Shown piece after piece: positions 54,895 to 64,000 of a DNA stretch of 64,000 nucleotides. The position numbers were made by a program, and so were the translations under genes. The stretch spans positions 9,444 through 73,443 of the forward strand of contig CAWKNP010000012.1 in the NCBI GenBank assembly GCA_963851105.1, in the 5' to 3' direction. Position 1 is the first letter of the stretch. Every line of letters begins with the position of its first letter. The notes under the pieces are model-generated. The model saw only the letters and a program-made list of their open reading frames with translations. It was not told where the DNA came from and made no database searches. The stretch is from an uncultured Actinomycetota bacterium (GTDB taxonomy: Bacteria > Actinomycetota > Acidimicrobiia > Acidimicrobiales > Palsa-688).

Positions 54895-56382
54895 TTACTT
54901 CGGGAGCTGGTTGGCCTTGAACCAGGCGTCGATCTTGGCCTGGGCTTGCTGTTGTAACTGAGGCATGACCGTCGCCGGGTTGGCACCGCCCACGATCTGG
55001 CCGAAGGCGGCGGACATCAGGTCGTGGACATCGGCGAACGCCGGGAGCCATGCATCATTCTCGGCGGAAGCTTCGGGCAGTCCTGCGACCCAGACGGAGG
55101 GATCAACCCCGACAGCCTGCTTGATTCCTTGCCCGAAGGCGTCGCCGTTGGCCGTCAAACCCGCCATGACCCCGAAGCCGCCATAGGACAACTCACGCTC
55201 GCGCGCCGGCTCGACGGCGAAAAACTTGAGGACCTCCCACGCCAGGTCGTGGTGGGCGCTGGCCGCGACGATGGATCCCAAGCTCACCTCGAGGAAGTTG
55301 AACCGCCGGGCGGGGCCCGCGGGCAGGGGCGCGGCCCGCCACGCGAAGGGGACCTGCGACGCGAACGGACTGTTGAGTTCGCAGCTGCACAGATCGATCA
55401 TGGCCAGCTTCCCCGCCCGCCACGCCGCCAGCTCCTCAGTGCCGGGTGCCGCCCCGGGGGCCAGTTGCGCGATCTGAGCGGGCGTGGGATGGACGTGGTA
55501 CTTGTTGACCAGGTCGGCGGCGAACTGGGCGCCGGCGATGGCCGCCGGGGTGTCGAGAATGGCCTGGCGCTTTGCCGGGTCGTAGAGGTGGCCGCCGAAG
55601 CTGAACAACGACGCTTCGGGCCGGAATCGGGCGGCCCCGAAACGGGTGACCTTGGTGATGTCGAACCCCGCCTGGCCTGGGTGCTTTCCGTCACTATCGA
55701 CCGTCAACGCCTGGGCCGCCTGCAGGAATGAACCGGTCAGCAACCAGGAATTGTCCGACCATGAAGACGGTGGCGGCTGGACGCCGGCATGGGAAAAAAG
55801 GTCGACGTTGTAGGCCAGGGCGTGGTCGTGGAACCCGAGCGGGAGACCGGGGATGGCTTTGGTCCGCCCGTAGTAACTGGGCAGGGTGGTGGCCGCCGTT
55901 GCCTGCGATTGAAAGGCACTCATCGCCACGCCGTCACGGTGGATGAGGGCCTGGAGATCCAACCAGACGTGACGATCCACCAGGCGCGACACCTCCCCCA
56001 GCCCGATGCCGAGGACGATGTCGGGTGCCGAACCGCGGGCGATCAGTGCCGCCAACTGGGTTTCCGCGGCGGCCGCCGACGACGCCCGCAGGAAGTCGAT
56101 CCCCACCTGGGGGTGGGCGGCGATGAAGGCCTGGGCCAGCGCCTGCTGCACCTGGCGTTGCGGCGCCGTGTTGCCACCGTCGAAGCCAACGAGGATCTGG
56201 ACCCGCCCGACCAGCTTCGGGGGAGCCGACTGGTGGGTGCCGTGCTGACACGCTGCCAGCAGCGCCGCGGCGCCCGAGACCGAGACGCCGAGATTGAGGG
56301 CGTCGCGCAAGAAATCACGGCGTGTCAATCGGCCGAAGCCGTAGGCACTCAGGAGATCCTTCGTCGACGCAGGGCCGCTCAT
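54895..56382 (-). CDS. ABC transporter extracellular solute-binding protein (family 1, sugar-type), Tat/lipoprotein-type signal
   Basis: 'LTRRDFLRDALNLGVSVSGAAALLAAC' twin-Arg signal plus lipobox Cys. About 470-aa mature domain. Start at M45 of the track ORF. Confidence 0.85.
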   Translation of the reverse strand: MSGPASTKDLLSAYGFGRLTRRDFLRDALNLGVSVSGAAALLAACQHGTHQSAPPKLVGRVQILVGFDGGNTAPQRQVQQALAQAFIAAHPQVGIDFLRASSAAAAETQLAALIARGSAPDIVLGIGLGEVSRLVDRHVWLDLQALIHRDGVAMSAFQSQATAATTLPSYYGRTKAIPGLPLGFHDHALAYNVDLFSHAGVQPPPSSWSDNSWLLTGSFLQAAQALTVDSDGKHPGQAGFDITKVTRFGAARFRPEASLFSFGGHLYDPAKRQAILDTPAAIAGAQFAADLVNKYHVHPTPAQIAQLAPGAAPGTEELAAWRAGKLAMIDLCSCELNSPFASQVPFAWRAAPLPAGPARRFNFLEVSLGSIVAASAHHDLAWEVLKFFAVEPARERELSYGGFGVMAGLTANGDAFGQGIKQAVGVDPSVWVAGLPEASAENDAWLPAFADVHDLMSAAFGQIVGGANPATVMPQLQQQAQAKIDAWFKANQLPK

Positions 56383-56684
56383 AGTCAGATTTCTTCTTTC
56401 GCCTGTGGCCCGCCAAGGGTGTGTCGCACGACGCCCCGAGTCTTGCTGGAATCGCGCTGAGGTTGGGTAATGGCATCTGCCGGCGCCCGCGAACGGCCCG
56501 TGGAAGCGACGCAAGGGATCCTCTGAACGACATCTGATACCAAGATTTACCTTTGTCCGTTGCGTCGGCTACTCTCATGGAGATCAACGGTCAATCGTAC
56601 GGGCTTGGGCTGGTTCGGCGGTTTGGACATACTTCTTGAAGCTGACGCAGATCTCGTCAGCATCTGTCAGGGGAAAAGAATCAG

Positions 56685-59600
56685 ATGAAGCGCAGCAAGC
56701 GTCCCGAGGACTCGGGCGTGCCGTCGTCGACCGAAGAGGTCGACTCCATTTTCCGTTTCAGTGAGCGTCATTTGGGTATACGGCACCATCGTCACAATGA
56801 AGGACGTTTTGCCGTCGGGGGCACAAGGGGGATGGTGAAGATGGGCAACCGGTTGCGAGGGGGCACCCAATCGAGTCCAGGAGACCGCCGGCTGCTTCGG
56901 GGCCACGGCCTGAGGTCTTTGCGCGGGCCCGGTTCGGGCGCGGACTCCCCGTCCCGACCCGGGCGCCGCGTCGTCCAGGGCCTGGTGGCCCTGGCGATCG
57001 GTGTCGCCCCCTTTGCCATTGGTATCCCCGCCGCCTTGGCGGGCGTCGGCTTCGGCGTCACCCCGAACTTCCCGTCGAATGTCACCGTCGGCGACAGCGG
57101 AACGCCGGCATCCCTGCAGATCCAAAACACCGCCAATGGCGCGCAGTTCCACCTCACGGCGACGCTCTCCACCATCAACTTGGTCCCGGCGTGCGGTTCG
57201 ACCGGGTTCACCCCCACCGGCGACTGCCCCGCGGCCGACGCGCAACCCGGGGTCTTCCAGTTGAGTCCGACCGGTAGTGGTGAGGCCGGGACTGCCTGCG
57301 CAGGAAAGACCTTCACGATCACTGTCATCGATCCCGCCACCGGGCAGGTGACGTTCACCCCCGTGGGGGGCCCCGTGATCCTCGGTCCCGCCGACGGTCT
57401 CGGACCGCTTTCCCCGGTCTGTCGCATCGATTTCACGTTCAGCGTCCTTAGGGAACCAACCATCGACGCCGACCCGGCACCCGGTATCCAGACGGCGGAG
57501 CTGGGTTTCGCCCAAGGCACCACGAGCGACGGCGTTCCCGGTTCGGGCCTCGGCTCCAACCTCACCACCGTTGCCAAGGCCCAGCCGGCTCTGACGACGA
57601 CCGCGACCACGACCGGCAGGGTGGGCGCCCCGATCACTGACACCGCCCACCTCGTGGCGGCGGCGCCTCCCGCGCCCGCCCCCACCGGGACCATCACCTT
57701 CACCCTGTTCACTACCGCCAACTGCACCGGCCCGGGCGTGTTCACCTCCACAGTGACCGTGACCTCCGGCGGTGGCAATTACACCTCGGGACCGTTCACA
57801 CCGACCGCGCCCGGCACATACAAATGGATCGCGGCCTACAGCGGCGACGCCAACAACGCTGCCCTCACCACCGCCTGCGGTGACCCCGGCGAGACCAGCA
57901 CGATCTCCCGACGGACCCCCGCCATCGTCACCACTGCCTCGGCGCCAACCACAATTGGCGGCCCGATCTCGGACAGCGCAGTGCTTTCCGGCGGGTTCAA
58001 CCCCACCGGCTCGATCGTCTTCAACGTGTTCGGCCCGAACGACGCCACCTGTACGAGGGCGGTGGCTTTCACCTCCACGGTGCCGGTCGCCGGCAATGGC
58101 ATCTACAACTCGGGGCCGTTCATCCCGACCGCACCCGGCTCCTATAACTTCGTCGCCAGCTACAGCGGTGACGCCAACAACGCGCCGGTGACCAGCGCCT
58201 GCGGCGCCGCCAACGAGAACACCACCGTCAACAAGGCGACTCCCGCCATCGTCACCACCGCTTCGGGCGCCGGCCCCGTCGGGGGGACCATCGCCGACAG
58301 CGCGGTCCTGTCCGGCGGTGTTGCCCCCACGGGGACCATCGTCTTCAAGGTCTTTGGCCCCAACGACGCCACCTGCACCGGAGCGGTGGCGTTCACGTCG
58401 ACGGCGACAGTGAACGGCAACGGCACCTATCCCTCGGCCAACTTCACGACCACCGCCGCCGGCACGTACCGGTTCGTGGCCTCCTACAGCGGCGACGCCA
58501 ACAACGCCGCGGTCACGACGTTGTGCAGCGACCCGGCCGAGGCGGTCGTCGTCACCAGGGCCACCCCTGCCATCGTGACGACGGCTTCGCCGACGGTGCC
58601 CGCCGGCGGCGCCATAAGTGACACCGCCACCCTTTCCGGCGGCGTGGCTCCAACGGGAACGATCACCTTCACCCTCTTCGGCCCCGCCAACATCAACTGC
58701 ACCGGCGCCGCCATCTTCACCTCGGTCGTTGCGGTCGCCGGCAATGGCGTCTACCCCTCGGGACCGTTCACGGTGACCACGCCGGGGACGTACAACTGGG
58801 TGGCGGCCTACAGCGGCGACGCCAACAACGCCGCCGCCGTGAGCCCCTGCGGCGCCCCCAATGAATCGGTGATCGTCACCAAGGCCAACCCGGCCATCGT
58901 CACGCAAGCCTCCTCGTCGGTCCCCGCCGGCGGCCCGATCACCGACACCGCCACCCTGTCGGGCGGCGCCGCCCCCACCGGGTCGATCACCTTCACGGTG
59001 TTCGGCCCGAACAATGCCACCTGCACCGGGGCCGCTGTGTTCACCTCCACCGTGCCCGTCGCGGGCAACGGCAACTACACCTCAGCACCGTTCACCACTC
59101 CCGCCGCCGGGGTCTACCGCTTCGTCGCCGCCTATAGCGGCGATGCCAACAACACCGCGGTCACGACGGGCTGCAACGACGCCAACGAGAGCGTCATCGT
59201 CACCAAGGCGCCGCCCGCCATCGTGACCCACGCCTCGGCGCCCGTGGCGGCCGGCGGCACGATCCGCGACGTCGCCACCCTCTCCGGTGGCGTCAACCCA
59301 ACCGGCACCATCAGATTCACGGTCTTCGGCCCCAATGACGCCACCTGCTCCAGGGCGGCGATCTTCACCTCGATCCGGCCGGTCAGTTCCGGCAATGGCA
59401 ACTACTCCTCGGCACCGTTCACCGTCACGGTGGCCGGGACCTACCGCTTCATCGCGGCGTACAGCGGTGACGCCAACAACGTCGCCGTCGCCACGACGTG
59501 CAACGACGCCAACGAGAGCGTCGTCGTCAGCCCGGCGACGCCGGCCATCGTGACCAACGCCTCGGCGACGGTCCCCGCCGGCGGGCCGATCAGTGACTCC

Positions 59601-62600
59601 GCCACCCTCTCCGGCGGCGTCAACCCCACCGGGACGATCACCTTCACCGTCTTCGGTCCCAATGACGCCACCTGCACCGCGGCCCCCGCGTTCACTTCGA
59701 TCGTGGCGGTTACCTCGGGCAATGGCACCTACCCGTCGGGGCCGTTCGTGACCACGGCCGCCGGGACCTATCGCTTCATAGCGGCATACAGCGGTGACGC
59801 CAACAACGTCGCCGTCACCACGTTGTGTAACGACCCCAATGAGAGCGTTGTCGTTGGCCCCGCCAACCCGACCCTGGTCACGGCGGCCTCGGCGTCGGTT
59901 CCCGTCGGCGGCACGGTCAACGACACCGCGACGCTGTCGGGTGGCGTCAACCCGACGGGCACCATCACCTTCGAGTTGTTCGGCCCGACCCCGGGATGCA
60001 CCGGCGCTGCGATCTTCACCACCACCAAGCCCGTTTCCGGCAACGGCAACTACACGTCGGCTTCGTTCACCGTCACCGCGCCGGGTACCTACAACTTCGT
60101 GGCCTCGTACAGCGGCGACGCCAACAACGCGGCCATCCCGTTCACCGCCTGCGGCGCCGCGGGCGAGAACGTGACCATCACCAAGGCGGCCCCGGCCATC
60201 GTGACCACCGCGAGCGCCCCGACGCCTGCCGGCGGCCCCATCAGTGACACCGCCACCCTTTCCCTCGGTGTCGCCCCCACCGGCACGATCACGTTCTCCA
60301 TCTACGGCCCGAACAACGTCGGGTGTACCGGTGCCGCCATCTTCACCTCCACCAAGGCAGTCAACGGCAACGGCAACTACACCTCGGACCCGTTCACCAC
60401 GTCGGTGGCCGGGACCTACCGCTTCATCGCCGCCTACAGCGGTGACGCCAACAACAGCGCCGTGACCTCCGGCTGCAACGACGCCAACGAGAGCGTGCTG
60501 GTGACGCCCGCGGCGCCCGCGATCATCACCCACGCCTCGGCGACGGTCAGCGCCGGTGGCGCCATCGCCGACACCGCTACCCTCTCGGGCGGCGTCAACC
60601 CGACCGGGACCATCACCTTCACCCTGTTCGGCCCCAACGACGCGACCTGCGCCCGCGCCGCCGTCTTCACCTCGGTCAAGGCGGTCAGCGGCAACGGCGA
60701 CTACACCTCCGCCAGCTTCGTTGCGAATGCCGTAGGGACCTACCGCTGGGTGGCCGTCTACAGCGGCGACGCGAACAACGCCGGCGTCACCAGCGCCTGC
60801 AACGCGGCCAACGAGAGCGTCGTCGTCACCAAGGCGCCACCGGCCATCGTGACCGTCGCCTCGGCGTCGACGCCGGTGGGTGGATCCATAACCGACACCG
60901 CCACGCTGTCGGGCGCCGTCAACCCGACCGGGACGATCACCTTCAACGTGTTCGGCCCCAATGACGCCACGTGCGCCAACGCGCCGGCGTTCACCTCCAC
61001 CAAGGCGGTCAGCGCCAACGGCAACTACACCTCCGATCCCTTCATCGTGACCGTGGCCGGCACCTACCGCTTCACGGCCGCGTACAGCGGCGACGGCAAC
61101 AACTTGGCGGTTACTACGGCGTGCAACGACGCCAACGAGAGCGTCGTGGTCGGCCCGACGACGCCCACCATCGTGACCGTCGCCTCGGGCCCGGTGCTCG
61201 CCGGCGGCGCCATCAGCGACACCGCCAGCCTGACCGGCGGCGTAGACCCCACCGGAACGATCACCTTCACCGTGTTCGGCCCCGACAACGCCACCTGCAG
61301 CGGTCCCGCCGTCTTCACCTCGATCAAGACGGTCACCGGCAATGGCAACTACACCTCGGACCCGTTCACAGCAACGGCCGCCGGCACCTACCGTTTCATC
61401 GCCACCTACAGCGGTGACGCCAACAACATCGCCGTCCACAGCGGCTGCAACGACGCCAACGAGAGCGTGGTCGTCCGCCCCCGGTCCCCGATAATCGTGA
61501 CCCAGGCGTCGGCTCCGGTGACCCTCGGGGGCACCATCAGCGACACCGCCAGCCTGACCGGCGGCATCGCCCCGACCGGCACCATCGTCTTTACCGTCTT
61601 CGGCCCGAACAACGGCACCTGCACCGGAGCCGCAGCGTTCACGGCGACCGTTACGGTGACCGGCAACGGCAACTACTCCTCGGGCCCCTTCACCCCGACG
61701 GCCCCTGGTACCTACCGCTTCGTCGCCACCTACAGCGGTGACGCCAACAACTCCCCCGCCGGGCCGACCGCGTGCGGCGATCCCGCCGAGTCGGTTGTCG
61801 TATCCACCGCCAACCCGACCATCGTCACCCATGCCTCGCCATCGGTCCCGGTAGGCGGAACGATCACCGACACCGCCACCCTTGCCGGCGGCAACGCCCC
61901 CACTGGCACCATCACCTTCCAGGTGTTCGGGCCGGACAACACCACCTGCACCGGTATCCCGGCGTTCACTTCAACCAAGACGGTCGCCGGCAACGGCAAC
62001 TACACCTCGGATCCGTTCATGGTGCCGGCCGCCGGCGCCTACCGCTTCGTGGCGACCTACAGCGGCGACGCCAACAACAGTCCCGCTGGACCCACATCCT
62101 GCTCCGATGCCAACGAGGTGTCGTCGGGCAACAAGGTCAGCCCGGCCATCGCCACGATCGCCTCGGCCGGGGTCTCGGTCGGTGCTGCCATCAAGGACAC
62201 TGCCATCCTGACCGGCGGCTTCAACCCCACGGGCACCATCACCTTCAATCTGTTCGGCCCCAACAACACAACCTGCACCGGGGCGGCCGCCTTCACCGGC
62301 TCGGTCCCTGTGCACGGCAGCGGCAACTACGACTCACCGCCGTTCACCCCGACGGCACCGGGCAATTACACCTTCGTGGCCACCTATAGCGGCGACACCA
62401 ACAACAACGCCGCGGGACCGACCACGTGCAACGACCCCAACGAGACGGTGGTGGTCAGCTTCGTCGCCGCCAGCATCTCCACCACCGCGTCGCCCGCCGC
62501 CGACGTCGGCCAGCCCGTCTTCGACACCGCGACCCTTGGTAGTTCGGGCCACCCGACCGGGACCATCACCTTCACCCTGTTCGGACCCAACGACGCCACC

Positions 62601-64000
62601 TGCACGGGTACGCCGGCGTTCACCTCCACCAAGACCGTCAACGGCGCCGGCACCTACACGTCGGACTCCTTCCTGCCGACGGCCCCCGGCACGTACTCGT
62701 TCGTGGCGACCTACAGCGGCGATGCCAACAATGCCGCCGCAGGACCCACGCCCTGCAACGACCCCGCCGAGCAGGTCACAGTGCTGCCCCGCCCGCAGAT
62801 CGCGGTAACCAAGTCCCCCAGTCCGACGACGCTGCCCGAGCCCGGAGGCAACTTCACCTTCACCGTCACCGTGCACAACCCGAGCTCAGTCGACCCGGTC
62901 AAGATCACGTCGCTGATCGACAACATCTACGGCGACCTCGCCACCCTGCCCGGTTCGACCTGCGGGACCCTTATCGGCGTCACGCTGGCCCCAGGGGCGA
63001 CCTCGCCGCCGTGCAGCTTCACCGGGCCCTTCCACGGCAGGGGTGGCGACAGCCAGACCGACACCGTGACGGTCACCGGCATCGACACCCAGGGGATCAC
63101 CGTCACGGCGTCCGCGCAGGCCACGGTGACGCTCACCGCCGTCCTTCCGGTGATCCACGTGACCAAGGCGGCCAGCCCGCTCACCAAGGTGGAGCCGGGT
63201 GGCATCTTCACCTTCACCGTCCAGGTGTCCAACCCGAGCACCATCGACCCGATCACGATCACCTCGCTGACCGACAACATCTACGGTGATCTCTCCACTC
63301 GGGCCGGCTCGACCTGCGGCGCCCTCATCGGCACCACCCTGGCGCCCGGTGCGAGTTCGCCACCGTGCAGCTTCACCGGGCCGTTCAACGGCAAGGGCGG
63401 CGACAGCCAGACCGACACCGTCACGGTGACGGGCATCGACAGCAACGGGCATACCGCGACCGATACCGCCCAGGCCACGGTGACCCTGACCAGCCTGACC
63501 CCGGTCATCGCGGTGACCAAGGCAGCCGACCCGCTGACCCGACCCGAGCCGGGCGGGACCTTCACCTTCACGGTGCAGGTATCCAACCCCTCGGCCACCG
63601 ATCCCATCAAGATCACGTCGCTGACGGACAACATCTACGGCGACCTGGCGACGCGGCCCGGTTCGACCTGCGGCGCCCTGATCGGCGTCGTCCTAGCCCC
63701 AGGAGCGGTATCGGCGCCGTGCTCGTTCACCGGTCCCTTCACCGGCCATGGGGGCGACAGCCAGACCGACACGGTCACCGTCCACGGCGTCGACTCCTTC
63801 GGGAACACCGCCTCGGCGACCGCCCAGGCCACCGTGACGCTGACCACGGTCAACCCGGAGATCAAGGTCACCAAGGCCGCCAACCCCCTCAGCCTCCCCG
63901 TCCCCGGCGGCAACTTCACCTTCACCGTGCAGGTGTCCAATCCCTCGACGGTCGATCCGGTCAAGATCACGTCGCTGGTCGACAACATCTACGGTGATCT
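56685..64000 (+). CDS. giant secreted/surface adhesin-like protein (3' partial): ~16 tandem 108-aa Ig-like repeats followed by four or more DUF11-like ~119-aa repeats
   Basis: Continuous plus-strand frame with no stop from 56646 to the window end (codons at 57081=GTC, 57781 'YTSGPFTPTAPGTYKWIAAYSGDANNA'). Repeat markers 'PAIVT' recur every ~324 bp from 57921 to 62470. 'VTK...PGG.FTFTV.VSNPS' recurs every ~357 bp from 62800. Alternative starts at 56832 or 56841. Hydrophobic segment at aa ~100. Confidence 0.85.
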   Translation, partial: MKRSKRPEDSGVPSSTEEVDSIFRFSERHLGIRHHRHNEGRFAVGGTRGMVKMGNRLRGGTQSSPGDRRLLRGHGLRSLRGPGSGADSPSRPGRRVVQGLVALAIGVAPFAIGIPAALAGVGFGVTPNFPSNVTVGDSGTPASLQIQNTANGAQFHLTATLSTINLVPACGSTGFTPTGDCPAADAQPGVFQLSPTGSGEAGTACAGKTFTITVIDPATGQVTFTPVGGPVILGPADGLGPLSPVCRIDFTFSVLREPTIDADPAPGIQTAELGFAQGTTSDGVPGSGLGSNLTTVAKAQPALTTTATTTGRVGAPITDTAHLVAAAPPAPAPTGTITFTLFTTANCTGPGVFTSTVTVTSGGGNYTSGPFTPTAPGTYKWIAAYSGDANNAALTTACGDPGETSTISRRTPAIVTTASAPTTIGGPISDSAVLSGGFNPTGSIVFNVFGPNDATCTRAVAFTSTVPVAGNGIYNSGPFIPTAPGSYNFVASYSGDANNAPVTSACGAANENTTVNKATPAIVTTASGAGPVGGTIADSAVLSGGVAPTGTIVFKVFGPNDATCTGAVAFTSTATVNGNGTYPSANFTTTAAGTYRFVASYSGDANNAAVTTLCSDPAEAVVVTRATPAIVTTASPTVPAGGAISDTATLSGGVAPTGTITFTLFGPANINCTGAAIFTSVVAVAGNGVYPSGPFTVTTPGTYNWVAAYSGDANNAAAVSPCGAPNESVIVTKANPAIVTQASSSVPAGGPITDTATLSGGAAPTGSITFTVFGPNNATCTGAAVFTSTVPVAGNGNYTSAPFTTPAAGVYRFVAAYSGDANNTAVTTGCNDANESVIVTKAPPAIVTHASAPVAAGGTIRDVATLSGGVNPTGTIRFTVFGPNDATCSRAAIFTSIRPVSSGNGNYSSAPFTVTVAGTYRFIAAYSGDANNVAVATTCNDANESVVVSPATPAIVTNASATVPAGGPISDSATLSGGVNPTGTITFTVFGPNDATCTAAPAFTSIVAVTSGNGTYPSGPFVTTAAGTYRFIAAYSGDANNVAVTTLCNDPNESVVVGPANPTLVTAASASVPVGGTVNDTATLSGGVNPTGTITFELFGPTPGCTGAAIFTTTKPVSGNGNYTSASFTVTAPGTYNFVASYSGDANNAAIPFTACGAAGENVTITKAAPAIVTTASAPTPAGGPISDTATLSLGVAPTGTITFSIYGPNNVGCTGAAIFTSTKAVNGNGNYTSDPFTTSVAGTYRFIAAYSGDANNSAVTSGCNDANESVLVTPAAPAIITHASATVSAGGAIADTATLSGGVNPTGTITFTLFGPNDATCARAAVFTSVKAVSGNGDYTSASFVANAVGTYRWVAVYSGDANNAGVTSACNAANESVVVTKAPPAIVTVASASTPVGGSITDTATLSGAVNPTGTITFNVFGPNDATCANAPAFTSTKAVSANGNYTSDPFIVTVAGTYRFTAAYSGDGNNLAVTTACNDANESVVVGPTTPTIVTVASGPVLAGGAISDTASLTGGVDPTGTITFTVFGPDNATCSGPAVFTSIKTVTGNGNYTSDPFTATAAGTYRFIATYSGDANNIAVHSGCNDANESVVVRPRSPIIVTQASAPVTLGGTISDTASLTGGIAPTGTIVFTVFGPNNGTCTGAAAFTATVTVTGNGNYSSGPFTPTAPGTYRFVATYSGDANNSPAGPTACGDPAESVVVSTANPTIVTHASPSVPVGGTITDTATLAGGNAPTGTITFQVFGPDNTTCTGIPAFTSTKTVAGNGNYTSDPFMVPAAGAYRFVATYSGDANNSPAGPTSCSDANEVSSGNKVSPAIATIASAGVSVGAAIKDTAILTGGFNPTGTITFNLFGPNNTTCTGAAAFTGSVPVHGSGNYDSPPFTPTAPGNYTFVATYSGDTNNNAAGPTTCNDPNETVVVSFVAASISTTASPAADVGQPVFDTATLGSSGHPTGTITFTLFGPNDATCTGTPAFTSTKTVNGAGTYTSDSFLPTAPGTYSFVATYSGDANNAAAGPTPCNDPAEQVTVLPRPQIAVTKSPSPTTLPEPGGNFTFTVTVHNPSSVDPVKITSLIDNIYGDLATLPGSTCGTLIGVTLAPGATSPPCSFTGPFHGRGGDSQTDTVTVTGIDTQGITVTASAQATVTLTAVLPVIHVTKAASPLTKVEPGGIFTFTVQVSNPSTIDPITITSLTDNIYGDLSTRAGSTCGALIGTTLAPGASSPPCSFTGPFNGKGGDSQTDTVTVTGIDSNGHTATDTAQATVTLTSLTPVIAVTKAADPLTRPEPGGTFTFTVQVSNPSATDPIKITSLTDNIYGDLATRPGSTCGALIGVVLAPGAVSAPCSFTGPFTGHGGDSQTDTVTVHGVDSFGNTASATAQATVTLTTVNPEIKVTKAANPLSLPVPGGNFTFTVQVSNPSTVDPVKITSLVDNIYGD

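Noticed and set aside
56667-63997. Dozens of minus-strand and alternative-frame ORFs in the track (e.g. 56667..58907, 59082..61832, repeated 88-117-aa ORFs)
   Set aside because: They are antisense or off-frame to a continuous, motif-rich plus-strand repeat gene. Their periodic recurrence simply mirrors the DNA tandem repeats in high-GC sequence.

Overview
This is a high-GC (about 70%) actinobacterial-type chromosomal segment. The ORF track contains many spurious antisense or alternative-frame ORFs; calls below are based on recognisable protein motifs, gene overlaps and RBS spacing read from the sequence.

Left ~23 kb looks accessory or mobile:
- a pair of overlapping genes of unknown function;
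- a Type II restriction-modification pair (gamma-class N6A methyltransferase with NPPY plus a putative PD-(D/E)xK nuclease);
- a 1.1-kb G/T-rich microsatellite tract;
- a duplicated ~320-bp excisionase (xis) module flanking a 5.3-kb segment that carries a tyrosine integrase, a tRNA-Ile-like 3' fragment (att remnant), a NarL-type two-component system and a secreted protein;
- a RarD permease, a YihY membrane protein and an AlkZ/YcaQ-like winged-helix protein;
- a 1,243-aa cell-surface repeat protein;
- a truncated integrase fused by ATGA overlap to an orphan beta-class DNA methyltransferase.

Middle section: a penicillin-binding protein, a GH43 hydrolase, an OmpR-type two-component system, tRNA-Ala, a flotillin/NfeD operon, and an MBOAT (AlgI/PatA-like) gene split by a ~1.9-kb Pro/Ala-rich tandem-repeat insertion (with a frame change) followed by an SGNH hydrolase. 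Then an MFS transporter, a CPBP protease, a VIT transporter, an MscS channel, a peroxiredoxin and a thiolase.

Right section: the conserved actinobacterial division/cell-wall cluster crgA-trpG-pknB-pbpA-rodA-pstP-fhaB(frameshifted)-fhaA-tRNA-Leu, then a phosphoribosyltransferase, a sugar-binding protein, and a giant plus-strand gene (2,400 aa or more in the window, not in the ORF track because it has no in-window stop). That gene encodes about 16 tandem 108-aa Ig-like repeats followed by DUF11-like repeats.

The same 49-bp palindrome with an identical 7-nt loop occurs at 20.2 kb and 41.0 kb.
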